DNA from: Klebsormidium nitens
Taxonomy: Eukaryota; Plantae; Klebsormidiophyceae
Reading direction: 5' to 3'
Assembly: GCA_000708835.1 (NCBI GenBank)
Contig: DF237142.1
Span: forward strand, 88,537 to 152,536
DNA length: 64,000 nucleotides
Shown: piece by piece, positions 61,706 through 64,000 of the stretch
How positions within the stretch are numbered: position 1 is the stretch's first letter
Layout of the letters: the number at the start of each line of letters is the position of its first letter
Made by a program: the position numbers and the translations under genes
The notes under the pieces: generated by a model
The model's database searches: none
What the model saw: the letters and a program-made list of their open reading frames with translations, nothing else
Told to the model about the DNA's origin: nothing

Positions 61706-63956
61706 ACGGCCCTGGGACATCTACTTGCGGCGAGCCCGAAGAAGATAAGTCTTCTTCTCCCAGGGGTCGTGCTAAACCGGGTGACTAAATGGTGCCCCGA
61801 AATCTTCGCGCTTGATTTACCTGCGTGGCAGTGTTTCCGGTCAGCCATGCAGGGTGTTGCTGGATTGCGGGTCTTCTGATAATTGCATGTCTGCGTCATT
61901 CGCCGCTCGTGTAGGGATTGAAACCGCTGACGTGTCTGACGGTGCCGGCGTGCGTTTGGCCGACGGTTCCTACCGACCGGTACAGCGTACTGTCAATGCT
62001 GTATCATTTTCTGTTGGTTCCGAGTACTCGGAGGATTTGCATTTCACAGTCGCAGACATCACATACGACGTCATTTTGGGACTGCCTTGGCTTGAGTCGG
62101 GGAATAAGAAGGTCGACTGGAAAAAGCGCCATATCTCCTTTGTCCACAATGCTTGCCCTGTAACGCTGGAGGCCGGAAGGCCGTCAAAACGGGCTTTAAA
62201 GCAGGAGTATGGCGACCAGCTGCTCAACTCGGTACAAATGAAGAAAATTTTGAAGAAAAAGCAGCCGGTATTCCAGGTCTTCCCTAACGTTACCCCTGAC
62301 ATGGCCAATAACCTGGCGGCTGAGTCTGAACGCTGTGAGAAATTACGAACTGAATTCGCTGATGTTTTCCCTCAGGACCTCCCGGCACATCTTCCACCCG
62401 ACCGGGGCATGCCCTTCCACATCGAAACCCTGCCGGGCACCACCCCGGTTAATCGCTCCATCTACCGGCTGTCCCCAACCGAGCTGGATGAGCTTCGTCG
62501 CACCCTCGACGACTTGCTTGCCAAGGGGTTCATTCGCCCCAGCTCGTCCCCGTGGGGCGCCCCGGTTCTCTTCGCCCCAAAGAAGGACGGGGGCCTCCGC
62601 TTCTGTATTGACTACCGGGGGCTCAACAAGCAGACGGTCAAAAACGCGTATCCTCTGCCCCGTGCTGACGATCTTATTGACCAACTGCATGGCGCAAAAA
62701 TCTTCTCTAAAATCGACTTGCGCTCTGGATATTGGCAAATTCCGATCAGTGCAGAGGATGTCACAAAAACTGCTTTCCGCACCCGGTACGGCCACTTCGA
62801 ATGGCTCGTACTCCCCTTTGGTTTGACTAACGCCCCGGCAGCTTTCATGGACCTAATGCACAAAATCTTCGCGGATCTGCTGGATAAGGGCGTGGTCATT
62901 TTCCTGGACGATATACTCATATATTCCAACTCCGCAGATGAGCACGAACGGCTTCTACGGGAGGTATTCACACGCCTTCGTGCCAACAACCTCTACGCCA
63001 AGGAATCGAAGTGTGAATTGTGGCGAACCGAGGTAACGTTCCTCGGCCACTTCATCAATGAGCCGCGGCGTTTCTATGGAGTCTTGCAAGGTCGAAGCCA
63101 TATCCCAATGGCCTCGACCATCTGATCCTGGTGATATCCGCTCGTTTCTTGGCCTTGCTGGGTTTTATCGCCGATTTATTCGTAGATTTGCGCACCTTGC
63201 CACGCCACTCACAGACCTTTTGCAAAAGGGGTGCAAATTCGAGTGGACTGATAAATGCGAGCACGCATTCCAGTCCCTCAAATTTGCACTCACTCATGCA
63301 CCCATCCTACGGCCCTTCGACCCCGCTTTACCCCAGGTACGGTTGATTTGGACGCTTCTGATTTCGCCGTTGGAGCGGTCCATTTGCAGACTACCGGTAA
63401 AAACCGCGACCTCCTACCGGTCGCGTTCGAGAGCAAGCGGCTCAACCGGGCGGAGCGCAATTACTCCGCACGCGATCGCGAACAGCTCGCAGTAGTACAC
63501 GCCACGTACAAGTGGCGTTACTATTTGCTGGGTCAACCGGTCACCGTCCGTACTGACCACCGCCCACTCATTTTTCCCCTCAGACTGGAGTTCATGAAGT
63601 CCCGCCACCACCGGTGGGAGGAACAACTCAACCAATTCAACCTTACCCTCACCTACCGTGAGGGACGACTTAACACTGTTCCTGACGCACTCTCTCGCAG
63701 ACCTGACCACAAACCGCTACCACCTCTTGACCAACCTACGCTTGCCGCAGTGTCAAGCGTTGGACCTGATCCCGACTTGCTGGCAGCTGTACGCGCTGCC
63801 AACTCAACCGACCCCTACGCCCGGATGGTCATCGGCCGTTTAACACTGGCCAATACTGCCTACGCCCACTTCTCTCTAACCGATGGTCTCTTGTGCTGCT
63901 CCGACCGCTTGTACATCCCTCCTGTACCTGCGTTGCGATCGCTTGTACTTGTGTAA
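61678..63956 (+). pseudogene. pol: Gypsy Pol (protease-RT-RNase H-start of integrase), frameshifted and truncated as assembled
   Basis: Protease VLLDCGSS; [32 protein letters not shown]...[10 protein letters not shown]...PFGLTNAP...[10 protein letters not shown]; RNase H DASDFAVGAV...NYSARDREQLAV...TDHRPL. Frame changes at ~61785, ~63060 and ~63335; stop at 63954-63956. Confidence 0.9.
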
Positions 63957-64000
63957 CGATTACGACTGGTTACGCCTAACCTCGTTCTCGACAGGATTTC

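Larger units (their letters stand above)
59846..64000 (+). mobile_element. Ty3/Gypsy LTR retrotransposon (5' LTR start uncertain; runs off the window)
   Basis: LTR-like end ...ATTACA at 60466, PBS at 60468, gag, then pol in PR-RT-RH order. The LTR start is a guess: TGTAGAA at 59846, alternative at 59310. No 3' LTR is available to confirm. Confidence 0.85.

Noticed and set aside
61864-62916. Protease DCG and RT FLDD motifs as signs of inactivation
   Set aside because: Both variants occur in plant and algal Ty3/Gypsy elements, and the catalytic aspartates are retained.
1-64000. CRISPR arrays, rRNA, tRNA or prokaryotic operons
   Set aside because: None seen. Repeats lack unique spacers, and the DNA is spliceosomal-intron-rich eukaryotic sequence.

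Overview
Intron-rich eukaryotic nuclear DNA from a green plant-lineage alga. Plastid-targeted EF-P and PsaD plus plant-type VAP, SNF7 and JmjC genes alongside a rhodopsin suggest a streptophyte alga such as Klebsormidium; this is an inference. I reconstructed eight multi-exon genes by hand: F-box/JmjC/phosphotransferase (-), plastid EF-P (-), GT90/CAP10 glycosyltransferase (+), PsaD (-), PDAP1 (+), VAP (-), SNF7/VPS32 (+), and a ~16.6 kb, 23-exon minus-strand gene. The last is the highlight: an 8-TM microbial rhodopsin fused to a histidine kinase, receiver and guanylyl-type cyclase, then a >1000-aa low-complexity tail and a C-terminal SAM domain (HKR/2c-Cyclop type). A frameshifted Ty3/Gypsy element occupies the right end, and there are three MITE-like elements. 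A recurring pattern not explained by any gene is degenerate copies of splice junctions (acceptor plus exon start, or exon end plus donor) at ~100-150 bp steps inside introns of three unrelated genes. There is also a dense GTAC cluster upstream of the rhodopsin gene. A 567-nt N gap interrupts the rhodopsin-kinase tail. All exon coordinates were read by eye and need RNA-seq confirmation.
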